64,000 bases of DNA from Planctomycetota bacterium (GCA_965223545.1 OZ245006.1:7968001-8032000), one strand, 5' to 3'. Positions 28,743 through 39,463 are shown, numbered from the stretch's first letter. The notes: generated from the sequence alone by a model not told the origin. A program made the numbers and translations.

Positions 28743-29705
28743 TCAGTGGGTCTTCGGCCCGAGCACCGCGTGCGCGAGGAAGCGCGACCAGATGCCGGCG
28801 ACCAGTGTCCAGGTCAGTGGGTGCCATTTGCTGCGGTACTTGAGCACGAACTGGGTCATCGAGCGGTGCCGGAGCCACGTGCTGCGCAGCGGCGCGCGCC
28901 GGCGCGAGCCGCCGACGAGGTGCACGATCTCGGCGCGGGGGTGGTAGACCACGGTGTAGCCGTGCGCGCCGCTGGCGCGGCACAGGTCGACGTCCTCGCA
29001 GAACATCGGGTAGCGATCGTCGAGGCCACCGAGGGCGCGGAACAGCTCGCCGCGCACCAGCATGCAGCAGCCGCTGACCCAATCGGTCGATTGGGTGTCG
29101 GTGGGAGGCGCGTCGAGGTTGAGGTACGACCGGGTCCAGGGGTTGTCGGGCCACAGTCTGCTGAGCAGCGAATAGCGGTTGAACAGCGCGGCCGACAACG
29201 TCGGAAACCGGCGCCAGGAGCGCTGCAGATGCTCGCGGCTGAGGTCGTCCCAAACGCGCGGCCCGACGACGCCGACGCCGGGCGCCGCGTCGAGGTAGCG
29301 CACCAGCTCTTCGAGGCAGCCGTCGGTGAGCAGGGTATCCGGGTTGAGCAGGGCGACGTGGCGGCCGCGAAAGCCGCGCAGGGCGATGTTGTTGGCCTTG
29401 GCGAACGACACCGAATCCTCGAGCACGATCACCGTCGCGCGGGGAAACACCTCGCGCAGGCGCGTTGCGACCGGCTCGCCGGTGCCGTTCTCGACCACGC
29501 GAAAGTCGACCTCGAGCGCGCCGCACGCGCGCGCCCAGGTGTGGGCGCTGTCGAGCAGGAGCTCGAGCGAGCGGTAGTTGACCACCGCGACGGTCAGGTC
29601 GACGGTGGCCTTGGGGCGCTTCTGCGGTAGCGGCCGTTCGGGGGCGGCGCGCAGGAGCCGGCCGGGGGCGGCGGCCGGCTGCGCCTGGGTCTTTGCGGAT
29701 GCCAT
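28743..29705 (-). CDS. Glycosyltransferase family 2 (WbbL/rhamnosyltransferase-like)
   Basis: 'VVNY', 'FAKANN', 'LLNPDT', 'DWVSGCCML', 'EDVDLC'. Confidence 0.9.
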   Translation of the reverse strand: MASAKTQAQPAAAPGRLLRAAPERPLPQKRPKATVDLTVAVVNYRSLELLLDSAHTWARACGALEVDFRVVENGTGEPVATRLREVFPRATVIVLEDSVSFAKANNIALRGFRGRHVALLNPDTLLTDGCLEELVRYLDAAPGVGVVGPRVWDDLSREHLQRSWRRFPTLSAALFNRYSLLSRLWPDNPWTRSYLNLDAPPTDTQSTDWVSGCCMLVRGELFRALGGLDDRYPMFCEDVDLCRASGAHGYTVVYHPRAEIVHLVGGSRRRAPLRSTWLRHRSMTQFVLKYRSKWHPLTWTLVAGIWSRFLAHAVLGPKTH

Positions 29706-29790
29706 GGGTCGGGGGGGGCGCGCGAACGCGCGTTCCGCCCTTGGGATCGGCATTTGCACCGGGAAAGCTGCAGTCGGACTGCCGAAAAAA

Positions 29791-31275
29791 TCAGCGCGCG
29801 AACGGCTGCAGCTGGACGCCGCGGGTGCCGGCGATTCCGCCGGGCGTGCCGGGATCGGCGACGAGGGCCTGCGCGTACAGCGAGGCACCGAGCAGGCTTG
29901 CCGAGGTGGGGACCGGTGTCGGCCAGGTCGCGAGGCCGCCGGCATCCGTGCGTTGGGGCAGCAACAGCGCCGGCGAGCCGGGGCGGCCGAGCTCAACCAA
30001 GACGCGCAGCGAGCCGAGGGCGGCGTTGGCCGGTGCCGTGCCCAAGAGGAGCAACGCCGGCGCGCCGGCGGGCGCGTCGTCGATCTGCAGAGCGAAGCGC
30101 CGGTTGCCGAGCCACGGAGCGCCGAAGAAGTGGAGTGACGGCGGCCGTGCGCTGCCGTTGCCCGTGGCGGCGCCGTAGCGTCGCCCGAGCGCCGCCGGCC
30201 GCAGGACGAACAGGCCGCGGTTGGTGTCACTGATGTACACGTTGCCGGAAGGTTGACCGGCGTAGCAGCCCCAGGCCCCGGACCAGGCGCCCGTTCCCGG
30301 GCTGGTGACGTAGTGCCCGACCTCGATGGGATTGCGCGGGTCGCTCAGGTCGACCGCCCGGTATCCCTCGGCGTAGTACGCGATGTGCACCACCCGGTCG
30401 CGCAGCGTCGGGTTGTGGATGATCGAGCCGGCGGGCCCGGTGCGGTAGCTGGCGATCTGCTGCGGCAGGCGGGGATTGGCGATGTCGAAGATCCGCAGGT
30501 GGCCGCCGGGCAGCTCGCTGCCGGTGACCGCGTAGCGGCCGTCGCGAGTTGGCCAGGCCGAGTGGGCGGACGGGACCGCGATCGCGCCGAGGGGTGCCAT
30601 CGCCGGCAGCGCGCTGACGTCGACCGTGACGTAGCGGCTGGCGTTGAACTCGGCCATGTGAGCGACGCCGTCCTGCACGAACAGGTCGTGCACGTAGCTG
30701 GTCCCGTACGATCGCAGCCAACGCGGTGCCACCGGGTTCTGCAGGTCGATCACGCCGACGCCGACGTCGGTTCCGCACGGATAGGCGATGCCGCGCTCGA
30801 CGTCGATCGCCAAGTTGTGGGCGTTGCTCCACAACGATTGCCCCCACGTCGTGACCAGCCGCGGTTGGTCGGGGTTGCCGAGATCGAGGATTTGCATGCC
30901 GCCGCCGCCCTCGGTGACCACGTACGCGTAGCGACCGAAGGTGCGGATGTCGTGCGGCACCTCGTCACTCCAGCCGGAGAGTCCGTTGGCGAAGAAGGCG
31001 CGTTCGACCGGGTTGCGCGGGTCGGTGCACTCGATCACCCAGACCCCGGGTTCGCCGGACAGCAGCGCGAGCTCGCGGCCGCTCGGGCTGGCGTAGCCCC
31101 AGACGTCGGCGAACTTGCCCGCCGGCACGCCCGCCGGCGTGTAGACCGACTGCAGGGTGACGTTGCGGGCGGACTGCGCCACGGCGGGAGCCGCGAGAAT
31201 GGCGCACGCCGCGAGGGGGAGCGAGCGGAGCAAAGGTGGGGTGGAGAAGGGCGCGGGGAGGCGACGTTCAAGCAT
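29791..31275 (-). CDS. Secreted LVIVD-repeat / choice-of-anchor B-like protein with ~120-aa C-terminal domain
   Basis: Signal peptide, 'DVWGY', 'YAYVVTE', 'AHNL', 'YVHD', 'HNP', 'GAWGCY'. Confidence 0.8.
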   Translation of the reverse strand: MLERRLPAPFSTPPLLRSLPLAACAILAAPAVAQSARNVTLQSVYTPAGVPAGKFADVWGYASPSGRELALLSGEPGVWVIECTDPRNPVERAFFANGLSGWSDEVPHDIRTFGRYAYVVTEGGGGMQILDLGNPDQPRLVTTWGQSLWSNAHNLAIDVERGIAYPCGTDVGVGVIDLQNPVAPRWLRSYGTSYVHDLFVQDGVAHMAEFNASRYVTVDVSALPAMAPLGAIAVPSAHSAWPTRDGRYAVTGSELPGGHLRIFDIANPRLPQQIASYRTGPAGSIIHNPTLRDRVVHIAYYAEGYRAVDLSDPRNPIEVGHYVTSPGTGAWSGAWGCYAGQPSGNVYISDTNRGLFVLRPAALGRRYGAATGNGSARPPSLHFFGAPWLGNRRFALQIDDAPAGAPALLLLGTAPANAALGSLRVLVELGRPGSPALLLPQRTDAGGLATWPTPVPTSASLLGASLYAQALVADPGTPGGIAGTRGVQLQPFAR

Positions 31276-31300
31276 AGCCCGTCGCGGGTCGCGGGTCCCG

Positions 31301-32500
31301 TCACGGCGCCGTGGCGACCACCGCATCGTAGCTGTCGGCGACACGGCTGGCGTAGCGCTGGGCACCGAACCGGTCTTGGGCAAAGCGAGCGGCCCGGGCG
31401 CCCATCGCCGCCAGCGCGTCGCGATCGCGCAGCATCTCGGTGGCGGTGTTCACCGCCGCGTCAAGATCGCCGACGGGCACCAGCCGCCCGGTGTCGCCGT
31501 CGCGCACTGCATCGACGATGCCGCCGTGCGGCCAGGTGAGGACCGGTACGCCGACTGCCTGGGCCTCGACCAGCGTGCGGCCGAACGGCTCCTGCAAGAC
31601 CGGCAAGTGGACGAACAGATCCATCTCGGCGTACGAGGTCTCCGGAGTCGGAGAGCTGTCCCGCCACTCGATGCGCGCGGCACAGGCCAAGCGGTCGGCC
31701 CGCCGGCGCAACGCGCGGGCGTGTTCGCCGTGGGCGGCGACGGGTGCGGTCTGCAGCAGAAGCCGCGCGTCGGGTATCGCGCGGCAAACTCCATCGAACA
31801 CCGTCAGTACGTGGTCGACACCCTTCCATGGCACCAGCCGTCCGACCCAGCCCAGCACGGGGGCGCGCCCCGGTCGAGGCCTTCGCGGCGCGAAGCGCTG
31901 CAGGTCGACGCCGTTGTGGATCACCTCGATCGGCGGTGGCAGTGGAGCGCCGCGCACCAGCTTGTCCTGCAGCGGCGAGGAGATCGTCAAGATCCGATCG
32001 GCCCACCAGCGGACCAAGCCGAACACGGCGCTCTCCACGGCGCGCGGCTTGAGGTCGAGCTCGCGCACGTGCCACACCAGCTGCGCGCCGGTGCGGCTGC
32101 AGTGGCGTCGCGCCGCCAGCCCGGCGAGCAGCTCGACGCTGACGTTGATGTGGACGATGCGCGGCTGCAGCGCTTCGAGCAGCTTGGCGATCCGCCAGAT
32201 GCGCGCCGGCGCGCGGCCGAGCCAGGCCGCGTGCCACAGTGGATTGAGGGTGTGTTTGAGCTTCTTGAGAGGCACGTGGTGCACCCTCACGCCGAGGGCG
32301 CGGTAGCGCTCCGTGTAGGGACCGGCGTGCGGAAGCACCACGTGCGGTGTGTAGCGTTCTCGATCGAGGCAGCGGACCAGCTCGTACAAGCTGGCGTCGG
32401 CTCCCCCGATCTCGTTGGTCGCGGCGATGTAGACCACCGTCGCCGGCCCGCTCGCGGGCGGCGTGTCGGTGCGCGTGATGGGCGGCACGGATGGAATCAC
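31301..32500 (-). CDS. Glycosyltransferase family 4
   Basis: 'IGGAD', 'IHNGVD', 'GRLVPWKG', 'EPFGRTLVEA'. Confidence 0.92.
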   Translation of the reverse strand: MIPSVPPITRTDTPPASGPATVVYIAATNEIGGADASLYELVRCLDRERYTPHVVLPHAGPYTERYRALGVRVHHVPLKKLKHTLNPLWHAAWLGRAPARIWRIAKLLEALQPRIVHINVSVELLAGLAARRHCSRTGAQLVWHVRELDLKPRAVESAVFGLVRWWADRILTISSPLQDKLVRGAPLPPPIEVIHNGVDLQRFAPRRPRPGRAPVLGWVGRLVPWKGVDHVLTVFDGVCRAIPDARLLLQTAPVAAHGEHARALRRRADRLACAARIEWRDSSPTPETSYAEMDLFVHLPVLQEPFGRTLVEAQAVGVPVLTWPHGGIVDAVRDGDTGRLVPVGDLDAAVNTATEMLRDRDALAAMGARAARFAQDRFGAQRYASRVADSYDAVVATAP

Positions 32501-33780
32501 GATTCGCTCCGGGACAGTGATTGTGGGGTGGCGTGTGGACGGCGGCGCTGCGCTGCCGGGGCGCGCGGTGGTTGCGGAATCAGCACGTCGTCCCGGTCCG
32601 GGCTCGGCAAGACCACCGTCGGCTCGCGCGGTGCGCTGGAATCATCGGCGCGGGTTGCCGGGCGCAGAGCGCTCAACCGCAGCAGCATGTAGGCGCTGGC
32701 GAGCGTCGCGCCGGCGAAGGCGCGCAGCGACGGCCGCTCGCTGGGCAGCATCAGGAGGGCGCTCAGTCCGAGCGCGAGCGTGACCAGGCTGAGCACGCGC
32801 GCGACTTGTGAGTGCGACAGGCCGCGGCCGAGCAGCCGGTGGTGGATGTGACCGTGGTCGGCCACGGTGGTGGCGCGCAGCGCACCGCGCAGCGAGCGCA
32901 CGTCGTCCGCCGCGCGCGCCCGGCGAAAGCGCCGCAGGAAGCTCTGCGCCGAGTCGGTGAACGGCACCGCCAGCGCCAGGAGAGCGGCGGTCAGCAGCAG
33001 TGCGGTGGCACGCTTGGTGCTGCCGGCCGCCGAGATGGCCGCCAGCAGGAAGCCGAGCAGCAGGGAGCCCGAGTCGCCGAGGAAGATCGTCGCCGGATGT
33101 CGGTTGTGCAGCAGAAAGCCGGAGCTCGCGCCGGCGACGGCCGCCAGCAGCACCGCGCTGACCGGGTCGCCGACCCCCAGCGCGACCAACGCCAAGACGA
33201 ACGCGGAGACCGTCGCGACTCCAGAGCCGGCGCCGTCGACGCCGTCGATCAGGTTGACGGCATTGGTGCACGCCAGCACCCACAGCACCGTCGCCGGCAG
33301 GGCGAGCCAGGCCAGCTCGAACCGGTCCGCCCCGGGGAGCGCCAGGAAGTCGATGCGCACGCCGCAGAGCGGCAGCGCCACGGCCGCGGCGGCGAGGCCG
33401 GCGAGCTTGGCCATGGGCGACAGGCCGCGGACGTCGTCGAGCGCGCCCAGCGCGCAGACTCCGGCGCCGATCACGAGAATCGGCAGCACGCTGCGCCAGC
33501 GGTCGTCGAACTCGCCCAGCGGCATTGCCTCGGCGCCGAGCGCCACCGCGCTGCCGAGCCAGACCGCGACGAGCACCGCCAGGCCGCCGAGGCGCGCCGT
33601 CGGCCGCGCGTGGATGCGACGGCCGCCCGGCTGGTCGATGGCTCCCAAGCGGAGGGCCAGCCACCGCGCCGGCAGCGTCGCAATCGCGGCGACCACGAGC
33701 GCGGTGATGAATGCCAGGATGCAGACGAAGCCGTCGCGGCCGAACGGAATCCAATCGGGCATCGTGGTGGCGCCGGTCAT
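32497..33780 (-). CDS. WecA/MraY-family undecaprenyl-phosphate N-acetylhexosamine-1-phosphate transferase
   Basis: 'DQPGGRRIH', 'LGALDD', 'NAVNLIDGVDG', 'IFLGDSGS', 'HIHHRL'. ATGA coupling. Confidence 0.9.
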   Translation of the reverse strand: MTGATTMPDWIPFGRDGFVCILAFITALVVAAIATLPARWLALRLGAIDQPGGRRIHARPTARLGGLAVLVAVWLGSAVALGAEAMPLGEFDDRWRSVLPILVIGAGVCALGALDDVRGLSPMAKLAGLAAAAVALPLCGVRIDFLALPGADRFELAWLALPATVLWVLACTNAVNLIDGVDGAGSGVATVSAFVLALVALGVGDPVSAVLLAAVAGASSGFLLHNRHPATIFLGDSGSLLLGFLLAAISAAGSTKRATALLLTAALLALAVPFTDSAQSFLRRFRRARAADDVRSLRGALRATTVADHGHIHHRLLGRGLSHSQVARVLSLVTLALGLSALLMLPSERPSLRAFAGATLASAYMLLRLSALRPATRADDSSAPREPTVVLPSPDRDDVLIPQPPRAPAAQRRRPHATPQSLSRSES

Positions 33781-36422
33781 GGTCGTTCCGCGAAGAAGGT
33801 GCAGTCGAGCACGATCGGCTCGTCGTGGCCGGGCAGGATGGCGAGCCGCTGGCCGTCGAGCGCGGGGAGCGCAAAGCGGTGGTGCGTCGCCAGGCCGGCA
33901 TCGCGCGGTGGAACGGGTTGTCCATCGAGCTGTGCCGTGAGCGTGCTGGGCGCGGCGCACCGCACCAGGAGCTCGCCGGGACCCTTCGTGCGCACGGCGC
34001 GCTCCAACCGGTCACCCGGCCGCAGCGGCACGCCGGGATCCGGAGTGTGGCGTCGCAGCGGGTCGGCGGCGAACCAGTGCCAGCGCGCGGCCGTCACCGG
34101 CGCGGCGTGCGTCATCGCGAGGACGCGGTCCTCGACGGTGAAGGCGCCGATCGGCAGCGGTGGGGCGTCGCGGGTAAAGGTCAGGGTGACGGCGTAGCGT
34201 CCCGGGGGAAACGAGTGGTCGGCAACGAAGGTCCACGCGGCGCGCGGCTGGTCGAGGAACACGCGGCGGGCCCCCGCTGCGCCCGGACCGTCGAACCGCA
34301 ACCACGCGTGCGGTGGCAGTGCCGGCGGCGCCGGTGGGGAGTAGCGCGCGCGATCGGTGGTGAGCGCCAGGTCCACCGCGATGCGCTGGCCGCGCGGATC
34401 CGGCTTGGCCTGCATGTCGGCGGAGCGCAGCACGATACCATCGGTCAGCGTGACCTGACCTGCGGCGATCTCGTGTCCGTGCAGGGTGGCCAGCTCTTGC
34501 TCGCGGCCGGCGAAGTCGCCGTGGCGGGTCAGCACCTCGATCCACTGCCGGCGCACCGGCGCGCTGTCGGGCACCGCCAGCCGGACCACCTCGTAAGCCG
34601 GGATGGAGCGGTAGAGCTCGTCGAGCACTTCGCCGGCGAGCTGTGGGTTGCGGCGCAACAGATCGTGACACCACTGCAAGCCGCGGCCGAGCTCACCCGC
34701 GGCGATGTGCGCGCGCGCAACGCCGAGCTGGTGGCTCGGCCGGTCGTGTGGGTTGGTCAGTTGCAGGCTGCGGCGAAACGCAGCGTCGGCGACGCCCGCG
34801 TCGGCGTGCAGCGCGGCGCGGCCGAGCAGTCGGTGCGCGGTCGGCGACAGCGGGTTGTGGCGCAGCGCCGCTTCGGCCGCGGCGCGGATCGGCGCGGGTA
34901 CTCCCTCTTGCGCGGCGTGCTCGGCTGCCGCCAAGAAGCCCTCGCCTGCGCGCGGGTGGATGCGGTTGGCGAGCGCGTAGCGGCCGCCGTCGGTGAGCGC
35001 GGCGGCGCTGCCTTCGGCGATCGCGAACCACGCGCCAACGGCGGCGGCACAACCGGCGACCGCGGTGGTCATCGTGCCGAGGCGCTGTGACCACGCGCGT
35101 TCGCGTCGGATCGGCGCATCCCCGCGCAGCAGGCCCGCGGTCGTCCCGGCGAGAGCCGCGCACCACAGGGCGTTGGCGGGGATCTGCAGGTTGAAGTCGA
35201 CCAGGCCGTGGGCCGCCATCGCCAACAGCCCCGCGGCCATCCCACAGACGAGATACGCAACCGCCGGATCCGCGACCCGGGGCAGGCGGCGCCAGAGGTG
35301 GATCCAGAAGGTGAGCGCCGCGAGCAGGAGCAGCACCGCGCCGACCGCGCCGGTCTCGACCATGAACTCGAGCGGGTCGCTGTGCGCGTGTTCGATGCGG
35401 CCGCCGATCGCGGTGGCTTGTGTCAGCGGCGACACGTCGGCGTAGGTGCCGAGCCCGGTGCCGAACCACGGAAATGCCGCCAGCAGTGCTGCGCCGCTCA
35501 GCCAAATGTCGGGCCGCGTGCCGGCGTCCGCCCACTCGGCAGCGGTCCCGCCGAAGCGTTCGACCAGCGCGCGCGGAGCGCTGGCCGCAACCACGATGGC
35601 GACAGCGCCGAGGGCAAGCCACCAACGGCGCGCCGGCCGGCTTCCGCGGTGGCGGGCGATCAGCACGGTGAACGCCACGGCGCCGACGCTGGTGGCGACC
35701 ACGCCACCGCGCGAGTGCGTCATCAACAGCGCAGCTGCGCAGAGGAAGAGGCCCGCGAGCAGCGCGAGCTGGAGCGGCAGGTGGTGGGGGTCGCCGCCGC
35801 GGTGCGCGGCTTGGCGCGCCGTGAACAGGCCGGCGCCGGTCAGCAGCGCGAGCTCGAGCAGGCCGGCGAAGTGGTTGCGGTTGAAGTAGGTGGCGGACAC
35901 CACGTCGCGCACCTGGCCCGCATCGACTGGCGGCACGGCGCCGCCGGTGACCAGGATGCCGTAGGCGGACAGCGCGGTGGCCAACACCACGAGCCCCGCG
36001 GCCAGGGCGCTCGCGCGGGCGACGCCGCGCCAGACGGCGCCGGCGAGACAGAACAGCAGCACTCCGGCGAGCACCTCGCGGCTGCGGCTGGCGGTGCGCG
36101 CGGGCACCGCCGAGATGGCGGCGTCGACCCGCTCCGGCAGCAGCGCCGCGCCGCTCGCGGTGACGACGGGCGGTGCCAGCACCACCTGCGCGAAGCCCCA
36201 GGCGGCAAACGCGAGCAGGGCCGTACCGCCCGGCGGCAGCCGCCAGCGCTCGAGCAGCCGGCGGTTGGTGAATGCCAAAGTGGCGGCGAAGCCGAGCAGG
36301 GCGGCGGTCAGCCAGGCGCGAGGAGTGGCCGGCACGCAGGCCAGCGGCAGCGGAGCCAACAGCAAGAGGGCGGTGAGCTCGATGGCCACCAACCGCGGCG
36401 TGGTGTTGGCCGGGGACTTCAC
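33777..36422 (-). CDS. Large O-antigen ligase-family protein with TPR-like and soluble C-terminal extension
   Basis: 'TYFNRNHFAG', 'THSRGG', 'FGTGLGTY', 'HAHSDPLE', 'HGLVDFNLQIPAN', then about 400 aa soluble region. Confidence 0.8.
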   Translation of the reverse strand: MKSPANTTPRLVAIELTALLLLAPLPLACVPATPRAWLTAALLGFAATLAFTNRRLLERWRLPPGGTALLAFAAWGFAQVVLAPPVVTASGAALLPERVDAAISAVPARTASRSREVLAGVLLFCLAGAVWRGVARASALAAGLVVLATALSAYGILVTGGAVPPVDAGQVRDVVSATYFNRNHFAGLLELALLTGAGLFTARQAAHRGGDPHHLPLQLALLAGLFLCAAALLMTHSRGGVVATSVGAVAFTVLIARHRGSRPARRWWLALGAVAIVVAASAPRALVERFGGTAAEWADAGTRPDIWLSGAALLAAFPWFGTGLGTYADVSPLTQATAIGGRIEHAHSDPLEFMVETGAVGAVLLLLAALTFWIHLWRRLPRVADPAVAYLVCGMAAGLLAMAAHGLVDFNLQIPANALWCAALAGTTAGLLRGDAPIRRERAWSQRLGTMTTAVAGCAAAVGAWFAIAEGSAAALTDGGRYALANRIHPRAGEGFLAAAEHAAQEGVPAPIRAAAEAALRHNPLSPTAHRLLGRAALHADAGVADAAFRRSLQLTNPHDRPSHQLGVARAHIAAGELGRGLQWCHDLLRRNPQLAGEVLDELYRSIPAYEVVRLAVPDSAPVRRQWIEVLTRHGDFAGREQELATLHGHEIAAGQVTLTDGIVLRSADMQAKPDPRGQRIAVDLALTTDRARYSPPAPPALPPHAWLRFDGPGAAGARRVFLDQPRAAWTFVADHSFPPGRYAVTLTFTRDAPPLPIGAFTVEDRVLAMTHAAPVTAARWHWFAADPLRRHTPDPGVPLRPGDRLERAVRTKGPGELLVRCAAPSTLTAQLDGQPVPPRDAGLATHHRFALPALDGQRLAILPGHDEPIVLDCTFFAERP

Positions 36423-37312
36423 CGCCGGCCTCGCACCGCCCGCCGGCCCCGGGCCGGCCGGATCTCGTGGACCGGGGCGCCGCGGGCGATCGCCGCCGGG
36501 TTGTCGACGAAGAGCGCGCGTGCCGCGTCGTTCCCGACCAGGGCGCGCACGCAGCGCACGGCGGCCTGCATCGCCGGCGGGCGCTTGCCGGGCGAGTGTG
36601 CGTCACTGGCGACGACGTGGGCCCAGCCGCGCCGCAGCAGCCGTTCGGCGCAGCGGCCGATGGGCCCACCGAACGCGCCACTCAGGCTGCCAGCCGTCAG
36701 CTGCAAGAGCACGCCGCGCTCGACCCAAGCCTCGACTTGGTCGGGGTCGCGGCGGACGCCGAGGTTGCGCTCGGGGTGGGCGATGACCGGCGTGGTCCCG
36801 CGCGTCTGCAGCGCGAACATCAGCTGCGGCAGTCCCGCCGGGACCTGCTCGTGCGGCAGCTCGAGCAGCAGGTAGCGGCCCGCGCCGTCGAGCGAGACGT
36901 CCGGGGAGTCGCGCAGCAGCGTGGGCAACGCGGCGTCGTAGCGACACTCGGCGGCGAGCTCGACGCGCAGCGGAATGCCCTCGCGACCCAGCGCCGTCCG
37001 CAGCGTTTGCAGCGCGCGCCGCGCGGTGGCGCGTTGGACGTCGTAGACGCCGTCCAACGTGTGCGGCGTGGTGATCGCCACCGCCACGCCCTCCTCGCAG
37101 GCTCGGCGGCACAGCTCGAGGGCGGTGTCGAGATCGCGGGCGCCATCGTCGACGCCGGGCAGCAGGTGGCAGTGCAGATCGGTGATGCCGGTGAGCGGGG
37201 GTTGGACGGCTGCTGCCGTGCCTGTGCCCGGGCGCGGCCACAGCTTGCTGCGCGTGGCACGGACCAGGCCGGCGAAGCTGCGCCGGCCGCCGCGATGCTG
37301 GCCCGCGGTCAT
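36419..37312 (-). CDS. CpsB/CapC (PHP-family) tyrosine-protein phosphatase
   Basis: 'DLHCHLLPGVDDG', 'TPH', 'IAHPERN', 'ASDAH'. Confidence 0.93.
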   Translation of the reverse strand: MTAGQHRGGRRSFAGLVRATRSKLWPRPGTGTAAAVQPPLTGITDLHCHLLPGVDDGARDLDTALELCRRACEEGVAVAITTPHTLDGVYDVQRATARRALQTLRTALGREGIPLRVELAAECRYDAALPTLLRDSPDVSLDGAGRYLLLELPHEQVPAGLPQLMFALQTRGTTPVIAHPERNLGVRRDPDQVEAWVERGVLLQLTAGSLSGAFGGPIGRCAERLLRRGWAHVVASDAHSPGKRPPAMQAAVRCVRALVGNDAARALFVDNPAAIARGAPVHEIRPARGRRAVRGRR

Positions 37313-39450
37313 CCCTGCCCCCCGGTGGACCCCTCCGCGTCCTCGGCGGAGTAGTCGTAGGCCAGGTAGCTGTACTCGTAGCTCGTGTCGTAGCGGCCGG
37401 CGCGCACGTCGCAGTGGTTGACGATGCACCCCGCCAGCTTGGCGCCGACGCGGTGCAGCTGGGCGACCGAGCGCCGGCAGTGGCCGCGGTGGGCCTTGAA
37501 GCTGCGCACGACGAAGACGGTGCGATCGGCCAGCGTCGCCAGCACGCAGGCATCGCTGACGACGCCCACCGGGGGCGAGTCGATCAGCACGACGTCGAAT
37601 GCGCGCAGCGCGTTGGCGAGGAACTGCCGCGTGTGCTCGCCCGCGAGGAGCTCGACTGGATTGGGCGGAATGATGCCGCAGGGCAACAGCGACAGCCCGT
37701 CGACGCCGGTCTCGACGGTGACGTCTTCCAGGGCGGCCGCGCCGACCAGAACGCTCGACAAGCCGAGCTCGACGTCGATCTCGAACGCCCGGTGCAGACG
37801 CGGGCGGCGCAGGTCGGCGTCGACCAGCAGCACGCGTTTGCCGCCGCGCGCCAAGCTGACGGCGAGGTTGATCGACACCAGGCTCTTGCCCTCCTCGGGC
37901 GTCGCGCTGGTGATGACCAGCGAGCGCATGTCGCGGCCGGCCTCCGAGAACGTGAAGTTGGTGCGGATCGTGCGAAACGCCTCCGACAGCGCCGAGCGGG
38001 GGTCGAAGGTCTCCGGATCGACCGCGCCGCGCGCCGCCCGCTTGCCCTCGAGCCGCGGCACCATGCCCAGCACCGGCAAGGCGAGCAGCTCGCCGGCGTC
38101 GGCCGGCGTCTTGATCGAGGAGTCGAGCGCGTCGACGGCGAACGCGAGGCCGCAGGCGCACAGCAAGCCCAACAACAAGGCGAGCCCCAGGTTGACCAGG
38201 ATGCGCGGCCGCACCGGGCGCTGGCTGACCTCGGCGGCGCCGAGGGCGTGCACGTTGCTGGCCTGGTGGTCGTTGATGACCTCGACCTCCTTGAGCCGGG
38301 CGAGCACGGCGTCGTGCATGCGCCGCACGTTGTCCGCCTCGTTCTTGAGGATGTCGAACTCGATCGACTTCTGCTCCAGCTCCAGCAGCTGGTCGGCTTG
38401 CTCGGTGAGGCGTTGGCGCACGTCGGCCTCGTGCCGCGTCAGCCGTTGGTGTTGTTCGACGATGCCGCGGTGGATCGCATCGACCTCGTGCCGCAGCTGC
38501 GCTTCGATGGCCTCGATGCGCCGGGTGTTCTCGAGCATCCGCGGATGCTTGCCCAGGTAGCGCTGGGACAGCGCCGAGCGCTCGCCCTGCGCCGCGAGCA
38601 GCTCGCGCTTGTGATCGGCGACGACGCGACTCTCGAGCACTTCGGGGAGCTCGCCGCCGAAACTGGCGTCGGTCGCGGCGCCGTCGGCCGCCTGCAGCCG
38701 CGACTCGGCTTCGCGGTTCTGGCGCTCGATGTCGGCGAGCTCGTCCGACAGCTTCTCGAGGCGCGCGGCGACCAGACTCTGCTGGTCGCTCATCGACACG
38801 ATCTTGTGGCGTTGCTTGAAGTCCTGGGTCGCCTGGCTGGCGCGCACCAGCTTGGCCTGCAGGTTGGCTGCCTCGGCGCGCAGCCGCTCGAGCGCGGTGC
38901 TCGACGCGGTGGTGCGCCGCTCTTGCACGTTGGCGACGTACGCGGCGACCAGCGCCCCGGCGATGCGGGTGGCGACGTGGCCGTCGGGATGCTCGGCCTC
39001 GATGTCGACCAGGCGGCTCTTGGCCACCGGTTTGATGCGGCGCAGCTGCATCAAGCGTTCGACGGGGTCTTCGGCCCGGGCGAAGAACTCGCGCTCGGAC
39101 GCGGTCAGCTGCTCGAGCGCCGCCGCCGCGACGGCGCGGCTCTCCAGAATGCGATACTGCGTGACGTAGTAGTCATCGGCGCCGGTACCGAGGCTGTAGA
39201 TCTCCTGGAACGTGAGCGTGCGCTCGCCCTCGCGTTCGATCAGCAGGCGCACCTTGGCGCGGTAGTACGGCGTCGCGGTGAAGCTGTACAGCGCGGTAGC
39301 GCCGACCAGGATCGCGGTGGTGACCGCGATCAGCCAGCGCTGTGTCGACAGCGTTCGCCACACGGAGCGCAGGTCGAAGCCGGCGAGGGAGTGCTCCGCC
39401 GCCGGGGCGTCCGGCGTCGCAGCGGCCGATGGGCTTGGCGTGGCGAGCAC
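37309..39450 (-). CDS. wzc: Polysaccharide co-polymerase / BY-kinase Wzc
   Basis: Two TM helices around a coiled coil, 'SEAFRTIRTN', Walker A 'PEEGKS', 'DADLRRP', 'IDSPP' and C-terminal Tyr cluster 'YDTSYEYSYLAYDY'. Confidence 0.93.
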   Translation of the reverse strand: MLATPSPSAAATPDAPAAEHSLAGFDLRSVWRTLSTQRWLIAVTTAILVGATALYSFTATPYYRAKVRLLIEREGERTLTFQEIYSLGTGADDYYVTQYRILESRAVAAAALEQLTASEREFFARAEDPVERLMQLRRIKPVAKSRLVDIEAEHPDGHVATRIAGALVAAYVANVQERRTTASSTALERLRAEAANLQAKLVRASQATQDFKQRHKIVSMSDQQSLVAARLEKLSDELADIERQNREAESRLQAADGAATDASFGGELPEVLESRVVADHKRELLAAQGERSALSQRYLGKHPRMLENTRRIEAIEAQLRHEVDAIHRGIVEQHQRLTRHEADVRQRLTEQADQLLELEQKSIEFDILKNEADNVRRMHDAVLARLKEVEVINDHQASNVHALGAAEVSQRPVRPRILVNLGLALLLGLLCACGLAFAVDALDSSIKTPADAGELLALPVLGMVPRLEGKRAARGAVDPETFDPRSALSEAFRTIRTNFTFSEAGRDMRSLVITSATPEEGKSLVSINLAVSLARGGKRVLLVDADLRRPRLHRAFEIDVELGLSSVLVGAAALEDVTVETGVDGLSLLPCGIIPPNPVELLAGEHTRQFLANALRAFDVVLIDSPPVGVVSDACVLATLADRTVFVVRSFKAHRGHCRRSVAQLHRVGAKLAGCIVNHCDVRAGRYDTSYEYSYLAYDYSAEDAEGSTGGQG

Positions 39451-39463
39451 TTGGAGCCTCGGG

